From Octopus sinensis (lineage: Eukaryota), in contig NC_042998.1 in NCBI RefSeq assembly GCF_006345805.1, positions 150,474,001 through 150,538,000 on the forward strand: a stretch of 64,000 nucleotides of DNA, given 5' to 3'. The notes beneath the pieces are model-generated. The model did no database searches. It had not been told where the DNA came from and saw nothing but the letters and a program-made list of their open reading frames with translations. Position numbers and translations under genes: made by a program. This document shows, one piece after another, positions 36,742-50,708 of this stretch (within the stretch, counting starts at the first letter, position 1; each line of letters begins with the position of its first letter).

Positions 36742-37152
36742 CTCTTACTCTTTACTCTTTTACCTGTTTCAGTCATTTGACTGCGGCCATGCTGGAGTAC
36801 CGCCTTTAGTCGAGCAAATCGACCCCGGGACATATTCTTTGTAAGCCCAGTACTTATTCTATCGGTCTCTTTTGCCGAACCGCTAAGTTACGGGGACGTA
36901 AACACACCAGCATCGGTTGTCAAGCAATGCTAGGGGGACAAACACAGACACACAAACACACACGCACATACATATACATATATACATATATACGACAGGC
37001 TTCTTTCAGTTTCCGTCTACCAAATCCACTCACAAGGCATTGCTCGGCCCGGGGCTATAGCAGAAGACACTTGCCCAAGATGCCACGCAGTGGGACTGAA
37101 CCCGGAACCATGTGGTTGGTTAGCAAGCTACTTACCACACAGCCACTCCTGC
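36740..37152 (-). mobile_element. Young SINE family A
   Basis: Full length; nearly identical to 31044-31448. Confidence 0.9.
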
Positions 37153-37167
37153 ATATATATATATACA

Positions 37168-37212
<45 letters not shown>

Positions 37213-37221
37213 GTATGTATG

Positions 37222-37252
<31 letters not shown>

Positions 37253-37399
37253 GTATGTATGTATGTATGTATGTATGTATATGTATATGTATATATCTAT
37301 GTATGTGTGTGTCTTTGTGTCAGTGTTTGTCCCCCATCATCACTTGCGAACCGGTGTTGGTGTGATTGCGTCCTGTGGCCATGCTGTGTCACCGCCTTG

Positions 37400-37822
37400 A
37401 AAAGGTTTTAGTCGAATTAATCGATCCCAGTACTTATTTTTTAAAGTCTGGTACTTATGTTCTCGGTCACTTTAGCCGAACCGCTAAGTTACGGGGACGT
37501 AAGCATACCAGCACCGGTTGTCAAGCGGTAGTGGGGGGACAAACATAGACATAAAGACACACATGCATACACACACGCATGCACGCATGCACACACAAAT
37601 ACACACACACACACACACACATAAATATATATATGCATATATACGTATGTATGTATATAATATATATACATATACACGACAGGCTTCTTTCCGTCTACCA
37701 AATCCACTTTGGTCGGCCTGGGACTATAGGGGAAAACACTTCTCAAGGTGACACACAGTGGGACTGAACCGGGAAGCATGCGATTGGGAAGCAAGCTTCT
37801 TACCACACAGACACGCCTACGC
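37400..37822 (-). mobile_element. SINE family A
   Basis: Family motifs. Confidence 0.8.
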
Positions 37823-38029
37823 CTGTATATATGATTGTTGATAAATACCATGTGTAACAAAAGATGGCGTAAAAGTACAAGAGGAAAACACCGTTCACTT
37901 ATGTTGAAAGGTGTATAGTAAAGTATAGAAATATGTTTAGCCCAATGAAAATCTCTGACATTAGATTAGCAGAATTGTGAATGATTTTTAAGTATGAGGC
38001 TCTTTCATAAATCTTATCTTTTATTAATG

Positions 38030-38340
38030 TCTCAGACAACAACATCAATGAAGAATGCCAGCAGCTGTTGACCATTGAAGACCAAATCCGGCAACGCAAC
38101 CTATAGCGGTTTAGCAACATCTGGAAGATGAGCACTGCAAAGCTACCATGCACTGCAGAATTCAGCGCAGTGCACCAAAGAAGATATGGGGGAAGCAAAT
38201 TGCGGAGCACCTTGAAATCGCAGCGTCACGATCTCAAGTATGCCATGAATCAGGAATTGTGGAATAACAGAGTCTGTCATCGAGTGACACTCACTGCATC
38301 GCATTGGTCGAGAGGACAGCCTCCACCTCCGGTCAACAAC
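38030..38340 (+). mobile_element. RTE LINE 3' remnant
   Basis: LLTIEDQIRQRNL*RFSNIWKMSTAKLP resembles IE..IRQRRLRWFGH..RM...RLP. Confidence 0.55.
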
Positions 38341-39774
38341 TAGGGATTTTACTTACGTCACTTACAACTGTACATGTTCTTTTACTTACGTTGAAATCAA
38401 TAGCTCTTTCAAATACTAAATGTAAAAGGGCAAGTTTGTAACGTTCCACATTTATATGTCTGAAAAAAGAGGTGTGATTGAAGAGCTGTTTTTACAGTTT
38501 CTTTCTACTATACCGCTGTAATGCATTCATTCTACATTACTCTATTTCACTCAAAGTACAGAATGAGGTAAATAAATTAAGTTGCCATTAGCTTTTGATA
38601 CCTGTATTTCTTTGACACTTTATCTTCTTGTATTATTTTGTCTCACCTACTTATTGTGTTTTTAATAAAGTTCTTGGAATCTCTTTCTAAATAAATATAA
38701 CACTCTCGAACCAGTCAGTGAAATATTTATGTTAATGGTATTACGGTGTTGCATACTTTTTGCTTGTACTTTGGACTATTTAAGATGACTACCAGTTTGG
38801 GGTGAGGGTTGGGGGATCAAACCAAAACAGTTTTTATGGTGTACCAGTTGAATAACATTCATGAATCATAATATTCTGTTACATTAGATGTTCGAAAATT
38901 TCAATTTATTGTGCTGGACTGATCTAATTATCGTCAATATTATTTATAATTATTATACAGCATGGAATTCTGTATGTTTGTTCATGTAAAAAGAAAATCG
39001 CGTATATTCTACCATAGCGATGTCCCGTCAGCACGTTGTAGTGTTATATTTATGACTTGCGATGTAGCGTAGCTTGGCAAATAGTAGAACACTTGTCATA
39101 ACCAAAAACTAAAAACCAACTTGACCGATTCCACAATAAGCACCGATTGAAAAAACTACGGAGAAATGTTAGGAAGGAACTTAACGCATATGCCTGAAAT
39201 ATTCCTTCCATGACACTAAAATCACTGAAATACCTACCTAGTATCTCAGAAAGACACACAACTGTCCCAACCCCGCCAAAATTTTAGGCCCTAAAATACA
39301 TTGAATCTAACACTTTAGATATGATATCCAATATAAATACCTCTAAGTATACCAATACCTTCCAAAATAAATTTAGATTTAAAACTATAATCAGTGAAAA
39401 TCTATCCCTACGTATACTAAAACCTTCCCAAATAAATCTGAACTAGTCCTTGTGAATAGGAAGGCGCCTAAAGAAGAAAATTCGTTCATATATTTTGATA
39501 AAACTAAAACCTTTTGCAAAATAGAAAAGCGTAACCAGTTACTAAACTGATATAACAATGAAGTATATCGAAAATAGTTCAGATACATCTTATAGCGACC
39601 GATAATAATAGTGAGACAAAACAAAGAAAGATCATAATTAAATAATAGATAAGAAGTTTTACTAAAACGTTAGGCGTATGTGACGACACAACCCTAGATT
39701 AATTAATCCCACTAATTAATCTTAGGTCGGATTAATTAGCATGCAACTCTCAAGTAATATCAACAACGAATAAT

Positions 39775-40223
39775 CTTGGTTTCAAATTTTGGCACAAGAC
39801 CAGCAATTTCGGGGGAAGGGTTAAGTCGATTATATCGACTCCAGTACTCAACTGATACTTATTTTATCGACCCCGAAGAAATGAAAGACACAGTAGAACT
39901 GGGTGGAATTTGAATTCAGAATGTAAAGACGGACTAACCTCTCGTGATGGAAGAACAGTAATACAATCATGAATTGGTCAAGGAGACTCCCTACATCTTC
40001 CTTTCTGCACATCATTAACAAATAAAGAGTACATTCCTTGTTCACCCTCACTGACGCTTTGCAATGTTTAAATATATTTCACTTGGATCTGCACTGTTTT
40101 GTGCATGGGAAATGTTTTGAATATGTATATAAAAGCTCCTATTCTATTAGGCCGGCTATTTATAAATTCCATCCAAAGATTATTATTGTTATTACTATAT
40201 ATAAAGATATATGTGTATGTATG

Positions 40224-40268
<45 letters not shown>

Positions 40269-40935
40269 GTGTGTGGGTGTGGGGGTGTATACATACATGC
40301 AGACATACACGCATACATACATATATAGTGATTGTGTGGTAAAGGTTTCAATCCCACTTCGTGACACCTTGGCTAAATGTCTTCTACTATAGCCTCGGGC
40401 CTTGTGAGTGGATTTAGTAGAGAGAAACTGGAAGAAACCTGTCGTATGTGTGTATGCGTGTGTGTATCATTGTGTCCGTGTTTGACACCCCATCACTGCT
40501 TGACAACGGGTGTTGGTGCGTTTACGTCCCCGTAACTTAGTGGCTCAGCAAAAGTAACTGCTACAATAAGCATTAGGCTTAAAAACAATAAATCCAGGGA
40601 TGATTTGTTCGACTAAAACTCTTGAAGGTGGTGCTTCAGCATGGCCGCAGTCAAATGAGACAAGTAAAAGAATATATATATCACAGATTAGAATAACAGA
40701 ACCAAAGGTTCTTTCCGAGCCATAAGCTCACAAGTTCGGTTTCGCGGATACAATGGCGTATATATTCTACCAGTAGACGGGAAGCCGGATTAACCATTCT
40801 TACTAGCAACGTGAAATAGAGCAACATGAAATGAAGAACTTAACTCAAAAACACAGTTGATCGTCTGGTCCAGGAATCGAAACCACAATCTTACGATCAT
40901 GAGAGTAGCACCTTAACCATTAACCCACGCACCTC
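39775..40935. mobile_element. SINE cluster: B (- 39775-39945), A (+ 40325-40672), third tRNA-SINE type (- 40750-40935)
   Basis: Family motifs; B-box-like ggtttcgattcc on the - strand of the third copy. Confidence 0.7.
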
Positions 40936-40997
40936 TGCATATCTCTAATAAAGTTATAGCTCTATACAGTAATACCTGATATAAAGGTAGGGCAATA

Positions 40998-41197
40998 AGT
41001 TGGTTGGTTGGCTGGTTGGTTGGTTGGTTGGTTGTTGGTTGGTTGGTTGGTTGGTTGGTTGGTTGGTTGGTTGGTTGGTTGATTGGTTGGCTGGTTGGTT
41101 GGTTGGCTGGCTGGCTGGCTGGCTGGGTGGTTGGCTGGCTGGTTGGTTGGTTGGTTGGCTGGTTGGCTGGTTGGCTGGTTGGCTGGTTGACTGGTTG
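40998..41197. repeat. (TTGG)n/(CTGG)n tetranucleotide tract
   Basis: Directly visible in the sequence. Confidence 0.95.
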
Positions 41198-41540
41198 GTC
41201 GGTGATTCAGTCGCTCGATCAGTAAGGCTGTTTTTTGAATAACTGGGACTTTCATTCAGTTTCCGTCTATTCAATTTCACACACAAGTCTTAGTCTTAGT
41301 TCCTCGAGTACAGTTGGCCTGTACATTAGGCGGCAAGACGTCTCCAGTAATCCCAGTTTTGACCCATTTTAGTCGCAGGCAAATTCCCAGGTGATACTGA
41401 GCTGCTTCAGATCTATTTTGAAGGCAACGCACAATGTCTTCTTGCATCTCCCTCTCTTTCTTTGGTACTCATTGTATACTTGGCTTCAGCATTCGTTCTT
41501 CCAGCATGCATAGAAACATACATACACGTATATATATATG

Positions 41541-41623
<83 letters not shown>

Positions 41624-41693
41624 TATATATATAATATATATATATAGTGGAAATAATCGATACGGAATATAGAGTATACCGGAAACTTTATTT

Positions 41694-41791
41694 ATCACAA
41701 CGATCGTTTCGGCTCATTCTGCACCGCTCCCTTGTGGGTGGGTAACAGTATAATGTATTGCCATGCATCCTGCAGTGCCCCTTCAGGTGAC
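41694..41791 (-). ncRNA. Hammerhead fold, A9G core, long helix II; adjacent hairpin at 41802-41921
   Basis: gtcac-CTGAAGG-ggc...gcc-GAAA-cgatcg-TT-gtgat; same family as 29898-30001. Confidence 0.5.
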
Positions 41792-43054
41792 ATTACATGG
41801 TTTCAAGTTACATAAATAACATTTTGCTCATAGGCTTAGCTAGATATTGTTGGTAGTAATCGCATCTTAAATGCATGCTCTAGCTAAGCCTATGAAAGAA
41901 ATGTCATTTACGTAACTTGAAGAATTTTCCAATATACTCTATTTTCCATATCAAATATTTCTACTATACCCAACATGCACCAAGGAATTCCTAACGGACA
42001 TCCAGCGACGAATGTGCATTTACTGTGAATGACGCCAGGCAACAATTAGAGGTGAACTTGTTCTGCCGACACACTACTTGGAACATACCCAAAATACAGT
42101 TTAGATTCTAAATTTTAAATTTCAAATCTAAACTTTAATTATATATATATATATACACACACATACACATACATATTTATGTATGCATGTGTATATCTGC
42201 ATATGGGCGTGTGTGTGCATGTGTATGTATAAACACGTACACACATACGTATACACACACATCCATATGTGCGTATATATGTACATAAATAAACGTAGAC
42301 ATACACATCTTTGTGCGTCTCTCTCTCTCCCTCGGTTGCTTCGTGTGTATATATGTATTTCTATGTATATTTAAACACACATACTCTCTCTCTCCCTCTT
42401 TCTCTTACACGCACACGCATATCAAACATACACGTACACATCAAATGCACACGCGCACACACACACACACACCACACAAACAGCACATACACACACTCTG
42501 TCTCTCCCTCCCTCCCTCTCTCCTTTTCACTTTCTCACTCTTTCTCTCCCTCTTTCTCTCTCTCTCACACACACCACCTTCAGAAGGTCCAACCACGCCA
42601 CATCATTTCTAATGACATGACTTTTTTCCAGAACTCAACGTCAACGGTTTACAAACTTCTGTCAAGTTTGCCCTTTGACCCCCGCTTTCGTTACACAGCA
42701 TTAAATAAAAAAAAAAAGAAAAAAGAATAAAAGGAAAAGACACATTAAAAACAATAGACCAACCAATCACGGTTGGTGATGTCGAAGCTAGTTTTTTTTT
42801 GTGTGTGTCTGTTCGTTTTTCGTAATTATTCTCCTTTTTTTATAATGTAAATGTTGTTTTTATCCAAATTTTGTTTTTGTTGCTGCAGTTGTTGACATTG
42901 TTTTTTATATTTTCACTTATCGTTAGGGTTTTTGTGGGGTTTTTTTATGAATATTGTAAATTTTTCCCCCTTTGTGTGTATATTTAGGTTTGTGCATTGA
43001 TGTGTGTATGTATGTGGGAAATGTGTGCATGCCAAAGTTTGCAGAGATGTCCCT

Positions 43055-43093
<39 letters not shown>

Positions 43094-43229
43094 CTTTTGA
43101 GATATCCCATATATGAATGTTATTGTGTATGTACGTGTATGTATATGTACCTGCACGTTTTTATGTGTGTGTGTATATTTATATATATAATATGTGTGTA
43201 TATATATATATATAATATATAAATATATA

Positions 43230-43265
<36 letters not shown>

Positions 43266-44392
43266 TGTATGTACACATACACATGAGTGAGTCCGTGTCT
43301 ATTTATATATATGTGTGTGTATGTATGCATATACGCGTGTGTGTGTGCGTACTTGTGTATCTGTATATGTGTGTATAAGTGTTTGTGGTCGTCTTTGTCG
43401 ACGCCATCTTTTTTTCATTGTTTTTCTTTTTTATGTATTGTCATTGTTTGTTATTTGCCATTGTCGTCATATTTGTTTATTGTTTGTTGTGGCGGTGTTT
43501 AATATTATTATTGCTGTTGTTGTTGTTGCTATCGTTGTTACTGTTGACAGAGACCTTGTTGTTGTTGTTGTCGTTGTTGCTGCTGCTTTTGTTATGCTGG
43601 TGATCATGTTTGCTCTATTTCACGTGGGTGTATGTTTCTATATGTGTGTACGTGATGGGTGTTTTACATTGTGTGTGCTTGAGATTTTTAACGTTATTTT
43701 ATCTTTGCTTTTTGGTACGTTTATATCTACACACACACACACACACACATATATAAATGTATATGTATGTATATGAATATGCTTATATATATAGCGAGAG
43801 AGGGAGAGACAGAGACAGAGAGAGACAGAAACATACACACACACGTATATATATATATCTACACGCGCACACACACATGTATGTAAATGTATATGCTTAT
43901 GTATATATATATAAAGAGAGAGAGACAGAGACAGACAGAGACAGACAGAGACAGATGGAGATAATACACACGCACGTATATATATATATATATATATGCA
44001 CACACACACACATTTATTTAATTCCCTTGTAGCTGGTGATTTTTGAAGTGTGGGAGAAACTGAGACTGATTAAGCCTTTATTTACTTTTCTAAAATGTTT
44101 CATTTGATTACACACACACCCTTCTTTACTTATATGCCAGTATATAAGTATATAGGTATATATGTGTCTGTGTGCGTGTTGTCTGTGTGCGCGCGTGTAT
44201 GTGTGGTGTGCATAAAGAAAAAATGATTTCATTAGCTTACAACTGTTTCCGCTATGGGATGCGGTTGACTCATAGGTCAGTGTTCGAGTAAAACCTTACA
44301 GCTTTATCAGAGCTTGAAACATGAAATGCAATTTATTTGGGAACACAAATACATTTAAGCATATATAAAGGAAAGCATTACCTTATGACAAA

Positions 44393-44438
<46 letters not shown>

Positions 44439-44448
44439 TATATATATA

Positions 44449-44492
<44 letters not shown>

Positions 44493-44579
44493 GAATTTAC
44501 AACAAAAAACAAAGGACGAAGACAGGTGTATAAACAACAAACAGGTGTATTAGTTTAACGCTCGGGAAGGTGAAAAAGT

Positions 44580-44616
44580 CCTTTACGTTTCGAGCCTACG
44601 CTCTTCAACAGAAAGG
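44580..44616 (-). ncRNA. Hammerhead fold, A6U core
   Basis: ccttt-CTGTTGA-a-gagc[gtag]gctc-GAAA-cg-TA-aagg; a decayed sister copy lies on + at 30652-30684. Confidence 0.5.
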
Positions 44617-45054
44617 AATACGAGAAAATAAAGTGAGAGGGAATAAACAATGCTTTTGTCCGTGCAACATCTATTTTCTTTCCTGTGCCTGTGAAATCTT
44701 GTTTCTCTGTCGTAAGGCTTTACTTCCACACACGCCAGTTTAATTTAATTCGTCCTTAGTCGAAAGACACCTGTTGTTATGTCCTGTTATTTGTATTTGG
44801 GTAACTTTCTCCGTTTTTTCCGTCCTTGTTTTCGTGTACATTCGCTGCTTTCTTCCAAGGAATCTAATGCTCTTAGCCTAGTTTTTCCTTGGTCTGGCCA
44901 GATTGGAGCAATCTCGAGTATAATCAACCGAAGTTGCAAAGATAATGTGGAACTCGACAGAGGAAAGTAAACTCCGAATGACCCGTCCTTGTTTTCTTTG
45001 TATCGTCTGTCTGGATGTTTTGCATTCTTGTCCCATTTTGTGTATGCATGTATG

Positions 45055-45176
<122 letters not shown>

Positions 45177-45177
45177 C

Positions 45178-45225
<48 letters not shown>

Positions 45226-45226
45226 T

Positions 45227-45259
<33 letters not shown>

Positions 45260-45487
45260 GGTAATATAATTCCAAACTTACAGGGAAAAATTCAATTTAG
45301 TAGTACTAAATCAAATTTCACAATATAAAATATATATTTATGTAAATTAGAGAAAAATCACTATTAAGCAAGTCAAACAATGATAGACGTAAATCACATT
45401 ATATAGAAAAAACAAAAGATACGATAAAACAATTACCTAAATCTCAATAAAGTACATAATAATAAATAAATAGTATATGATTAGTAA

Positions 45488-45594
45488 ATAGACCACGTGC
45501 GTTTCGTGGCTATATCTTCAATTCGAATCAAAATTAAAATTGAATCGATTCAAAATCAAGTCAATTTAAAAATATAGTCACTCATCAGGTCCAC
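45488..45594 (-). ncRNA. Hammerhead fold, canonical core but G17 (predicted non-cleaving)
   Basis: gtggac-CTGATGA-gtgactatat...atatagccac-GAAA-cgcacg-TG-gtctat. Confidence 0.55.
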
Positions 45595-46159
45595 GACAAT
45601 AACAATAGTCAAATAAATGTACGTATCTTAACAGATAAGAATAAATAAATAAAATTATAGAAATACATATTTTCTCAATAAACAAAAGAACAGAATTCAA
45701 CAATATTTCTTAAAATAAAATGAAATAAAAACATGACTCATCTTATAGAAGAAATTTCGTCAACTAAATTTCAAACTTAAAACGTAAGACCAAGCGTTTA
45801 TAATAAATTCATCTCATGAAAAACCTAACTGTTTCTTCGAAAAGATAACTAAAGATTTCATTTAAGAAATAATGGTGAAATTTATTTGATTATTGATTGA
45901 AAAAATATGGATTTTAAATTTTTTATTTGTTAATTATAATTTAAGATGCGTACATTTATTTAATTATTCTTATTATTATAGTTATTATATTGTGAGCTAA
46001 AATCTAAAAGTATTGAGTATAATTGCATTGGGAAGTAGTTTGTAACGTAGTCTCATCGAATGGGTAGTAATTTTTTTTTATTTGGTTATGCACTATTGAA
46101 TTTAATAATAATAAGTACTTTGTTTATTCCCTTAATGAGCGAAGTGTTGGATCTAGACA

Positions 46160-47833
46160 TTAATTGATTTCTTCTTCTTAATCCTTTTTTGCTCTTTATG
46201 GAGCATAGGCCCTCAACAGCTGTTTTCCACTTTTTGCGGTCATTGGCGTGTTTCTTGGCTGCTTCCTATGTCAGGCCAGTGGTCCTGAGCTCGTCCAAAA
46301 TGTTCCACTTTCATGTCTGCTTCGGGCATCCACGCTTCCTTTTCACCTGCAGGTTCCAGTCAAGTGCTTGTCGTGTCACATTTGAGGATTCTTTCCGCAC
46401 TGTGTGTCCGATCCATCTGTATTTCCTTCATCTAATCTGAACATGTATGGGCTCCTGGTTGGTTCTTTCCCACAGGTCGGTGTTTGGCACTCTGTCGAAC
46501 CACTTCAGATGGAGGATCTGCCGGAGACATTTGTTGATGAAGGTCTGGATCTTCTTGTAGTAGTTGCTGCAGGTGGTTCTCCATGTTTCAGAGCCATACA
46601 AAAGCACAGATTTTACGTTTGAACTAAATAAGCGGAGTTTAGTTCGAGTTGAGATTGCAGTGGTGTTCCATACTGGCCGAAGAATAGCGAAGGCTTACCA
46701 AGCCTTCTTGCTTTTTGCCGTGATGTCCTCGTCTGATCCACCTGATTTGCTGATCTTGCTACCAAGATAGACAAACTCACTAACGTTCTTCACAGGTGCC
46801 CCCTCGATTGTGATTGGCTCTTCCTGCCTGTTGTTGATACGCAGCACTTTTGTCTTTTCCCAGCTAATCCTCAAGCCCACTCGCCTTGAAGTTTCTGTCA
46901 GGTGATCTACGTTATCTTGCATGTCTTGCAGGCGAGGTGGCAGTAGCGCGAGATCATCTGCGTAGTCCACATCCTCCAGCTTCTTCATCACTGTCCATTG
47001 AATAATTTTCCCAGAGGTAGCGTAAGCCGTCCAGGAGTGGTGACAACAAACAGCCCTGTCTGACTCCTGTGCTGACCCTGAATTCCTCCGACAATCTCCC
47101 AGTATGGATGGTCTGGCAAGAAATTCATCGTAGAGTAATCGAATAATGCCCACGATCTTCTCTGGTGTCGTAAGATGTCCCAGATTGTCCGCCTGTCTAC
47201 ACTGTCAAATGCTTTTTCAAAGTCGACGAAGCACACATAGAGTGACGTTTGCAATTCCATTGTCTGCTCCACGATGACTCTGAGCGTCGCGATCTGGTTC
47301 GTGCATGGTCTCTCCTTTCTGAAACCTCCCTGCTCATCTCTGAGTTGCTTGTCAATGAAGAACATACTTCAATGAAGTGGCCGATGAAGCGGAAACAGAA
47401 GCGAGGAAAGGAGACTTGAAGGCACTATATGCAACAATAAGGTTGCTGAGTAGAAGGAGAGGCAACCCCATCAGACCAGTAAAGGACAAGGCCGGACGGT
47501 TGCTAACTTCCATTGAGGACCAACTGGCAAGATGGAAGGAACATTTCCAAGAAACACTTAACCGCCCTCCACTTCAAGAGCCGTCAAAATTGGGGCCAGG
47601 GATCCCGCTCAATATCCACATTAGAGAAATCACCAAACCAGAAATCCGCAAAGCCGTGAAAAGCTTAAAGAACGGAAAGGCGGCAGGAGTGGACAGCATA
47701 CCAGCAGAGGCATTGAAGGCAGAAGGAGAAGAGATGATCGATTACATGCACCATGTGCTGAACTTGATATGGACGACAGGAGGAATCCCAACCGACTGGA
47801 AGAAGGGTCTTTTGGTGAAGCTGCCGAAGAGCG
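46160..47833 (-). mobile_element. 5'-truncated RTE LINE with inverted 5' segment
   Basis: The - strand 47365->46160 gives IDKQLRDEQGGFRK..FVDFEKAFDSVDR..LEDVDYADDLALL..YLGS to an (AAG)3 tail. The + strand 47377-47830 gives the upstream linker LARWKEHF..LKNGKAAGVDSIPAEALK..DWKKGLLVKLPK. Confidence 0.9.
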
Positions 47834-48070
47834 AATTTGACGGCTATTTCTAGCTGTTAGTGTTGCTATACTTAATGGTGCTGCTTTTGGGTGTAATTTT
47901 GGTGTTGCCTATTATTGTAGCATGTTGCCCCTTATTTAATTAAGCTGTTGTACTATATTCAATTCTGTCCACGGAGAAATCTATCTCCGTTGAAGAATAG
48001 GCTGTTATCCTAAGGGAGTAATTCGTTGGTCGTCTTATTAAATGGCTCAGAAGCTGGGAATCACTACACT

Positions 48071-48215
48071 CTACCAACGTGTGGTACCTAAGAAGCGCTC
48101 AGTGAACTCGACCAACCTGATAAGAACTCAATGAACTTTACCAACTTGTGGTACCTGATAAGAGCCCAATGGACTCTTCCAATGTGTAGAAACCAATAAA
48201 AGCTTAACGAACATA
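48071..48215. repeat. Degenerate minisatellite, four units of approx. 38 bp
   Basis: ctctaccaacgtgtggtacctaagaagcgctcagtgaa-like units. Confidence 0.6.
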
Positions 48216-48962
48216 ATCGTCGAAAAATAAACATATTAGTGATATTGTTGCCGGAATCTTAATTGTTATTCATCTGGCAGGTGGTATAGTACCCCTTAAA
48301 GGCTTTTGTAATGTACCCCTGCACCCTATTTAGTCGTTTTTGTTGTTGTTGTTGCTGTTGTGGTTGTTTTTGTGTTTTGGGGTGGCAACGGTTAATTTCA
48401 ATGATCAACCACAGAACCATCATCTCAAACGTTCTCGCCTTGCTCTTCCACTTTACACAAATCATAAAATAACATGAAACCTCTAGCACACATAAAGACT
48501 TTAATCCACACATAAAGAGAAAATATATTGATTACTTTTGTTACAAAGGCTGCTATGATTTGTCAATACAAGGTGATAATGGCCCACACGGGACGCCCGT
48601 TGTTCACGCTGCAAAAGTAAAAGACAAAATAATAAAAAAAAAAAACTAATGCCTCTATTTGCTGAAATTACTGGAACAACTTACATCTTTATATCCTCTC
48701 GTGAATTCCGTGAACACATTCCCACCACCACCTCAGTGGAAAACTTGTTGAATCTGTAAGCAGAAGTGTGTAGGAGCAATGGAGCAACGTTGAGTGACAC
48801 CGAAATGAACGTGTCTGTGAATTCTTCGGTTTGGGTTGGGCAGTAATTTCAGGAGTACATACATAAATACATACATACAGACAGATAGACAGACAGACAG
48901 ACAGACATATATACATACGCATATATGTATGTATGTATGCTTGCATGTCTGTATGAATATAC

Positions 48963-49018
<56 letters not shown>

Positions 49019-49034
49019 TTATATATGTATATAC

Positions 49035-49094
<60 letters not shown>

Positions 49095-49851
49095 AAGTAT
49101 GTATGTATATCAAATAACACGCCTCTCCTTAAGTGTTGAGAGGACACTCAAATGTTAGTAACTGTAGACAGAACCTTCTAGATATTAGAAATCCTGAAGG
49201 CTAAACTATACACAGGTTATAAACTAGCACACTAATGTTATTTGAACACAGCAGGACAAAAGGAGGCTGGATGGCTGACTGAATAAGACATTGGATCAAC
49301 CGCTGCTCGTAGATCTACAAGTTCAAATTTGCTGTCAGCATTTCATTCTGTTCCTGGAGTAGAACACATTTGTGTAAGTCCCTATCCACAGTACCACTGA
49401 TGAATTGGCCGAACAACGGTAAAGTGTGGAAGGGAAGGACAGTATGAAGGTTGTGAATACTCCATCAGCGCGCTGCGGTTACCACTCCAAGTTATTCCTC
49501 TTAAGCCAATTTTTGTTTAGGTTACCCAGATCATAAATGTTTTCTACACTGATTCATAAAAGTTTAAGTCATTTGGCTACAGGAAATAAGCACAACAACT
49601 GTCGCATTAACGATGGTTGTAGGGCCAGAAACATGTCTCCGGGATTGTCCTCTTATCTTCAGACAATAAGCATACCCGCTTCCTTAATGACATGTCGATT
49701 TTAGAGAGTGCTTGATTCATGGGATTATCTCCCCATTTCAGGTGGAACTGGTCTTAATTACAATTTGAGAACATCCTTTAGAGGTGGAGATGATTTTAAT
49801 AAATTACGAATTTATGTTGTATGGTATTTGATATGCCATTATTTGTCAACG

Positions 49852-50065
49852 CGGCGAGCTGACAGAAATGTTAGCGTGTCGGGCAAATTGCTTAGCGGCA
49901 TTGCGTCTGTCCTTATGTTCTGAATTCGAATTCCGCCGAGGTTAAATTTGCCTTTCGTTGTTTCAGTTCGAGTAATTAAGTACCAGTTACGACATGGGGT
50001 CAATGTAGGAGACTTATCCCCCGCCCCCGAATTTTCTGGCCTTGTGCCAAAATTTAAAATTTGTT
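49852..50065 (+). mobile_element. SINE family B
   Basis: Family motifs. Confidence 0.75.
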
Positions 50066-50677
50066 TATGTTGTTCAAGTACATGCCACACATCCCTCTGA
50101 GTTATTTTTTGTAGCTCGTTTTTGTTTCAAGCAGACGAAGCCTACGGATGGGCATTTTTTGCCAGGAATATGTAAGTATAAACCTGCTCTAAAACAATTG
50201 TTCGAGTCATAACTTCTCCAAACAGCATAACGGCTTAACAACAACAAAGAATGGAGATATCAGCAAAATTGTTTAAAATACTCTGGGTCCTTGTTCACAT
50301 TGCTATCACATCAGCCAATATTTAGAAAATATCCTTATGCTAGTTTAGAATTGGTGAATTCGTTTTTGGAGAAAGTTATGCAACATGTCATGAGGTAAAG
50401 AACTTAATCAACTTTGTGTGTGTGTGAGTGTGTGAGTGTGTGTGTGTGTGTGAGTGTGTGTGTGTGTGTATGTGTGTGTGCGTGCGTGCGCAAAAATTTG
50501 AGGGTTATAACCCTTGAGAGAACACACGGATCTAACAACGGAAAAATCACGAACTCTGGCCAGTTTGATCTTGGAATTAATTACTTGAGTATGAGAGAGA
50601 GAGAGAGAGAGAGAGAGAAACAGACAGACAGATAGACAGACAGAGACAGACAGACATACAGACAGACAGAGAGACAG

Positions 50678-50708
<31 letters not shown>

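Noticed and set aside
48071-48215. Approx. 38-bp repeats as a CRISPR array
   Set aside because: Contiguous degenerate units without spacers, in a eukaryotic context.
49625-49645. GAAACATGTC motifs (also about 54650)
   Set aside because: Only the 3' half of a hammerhead; no core upstream.
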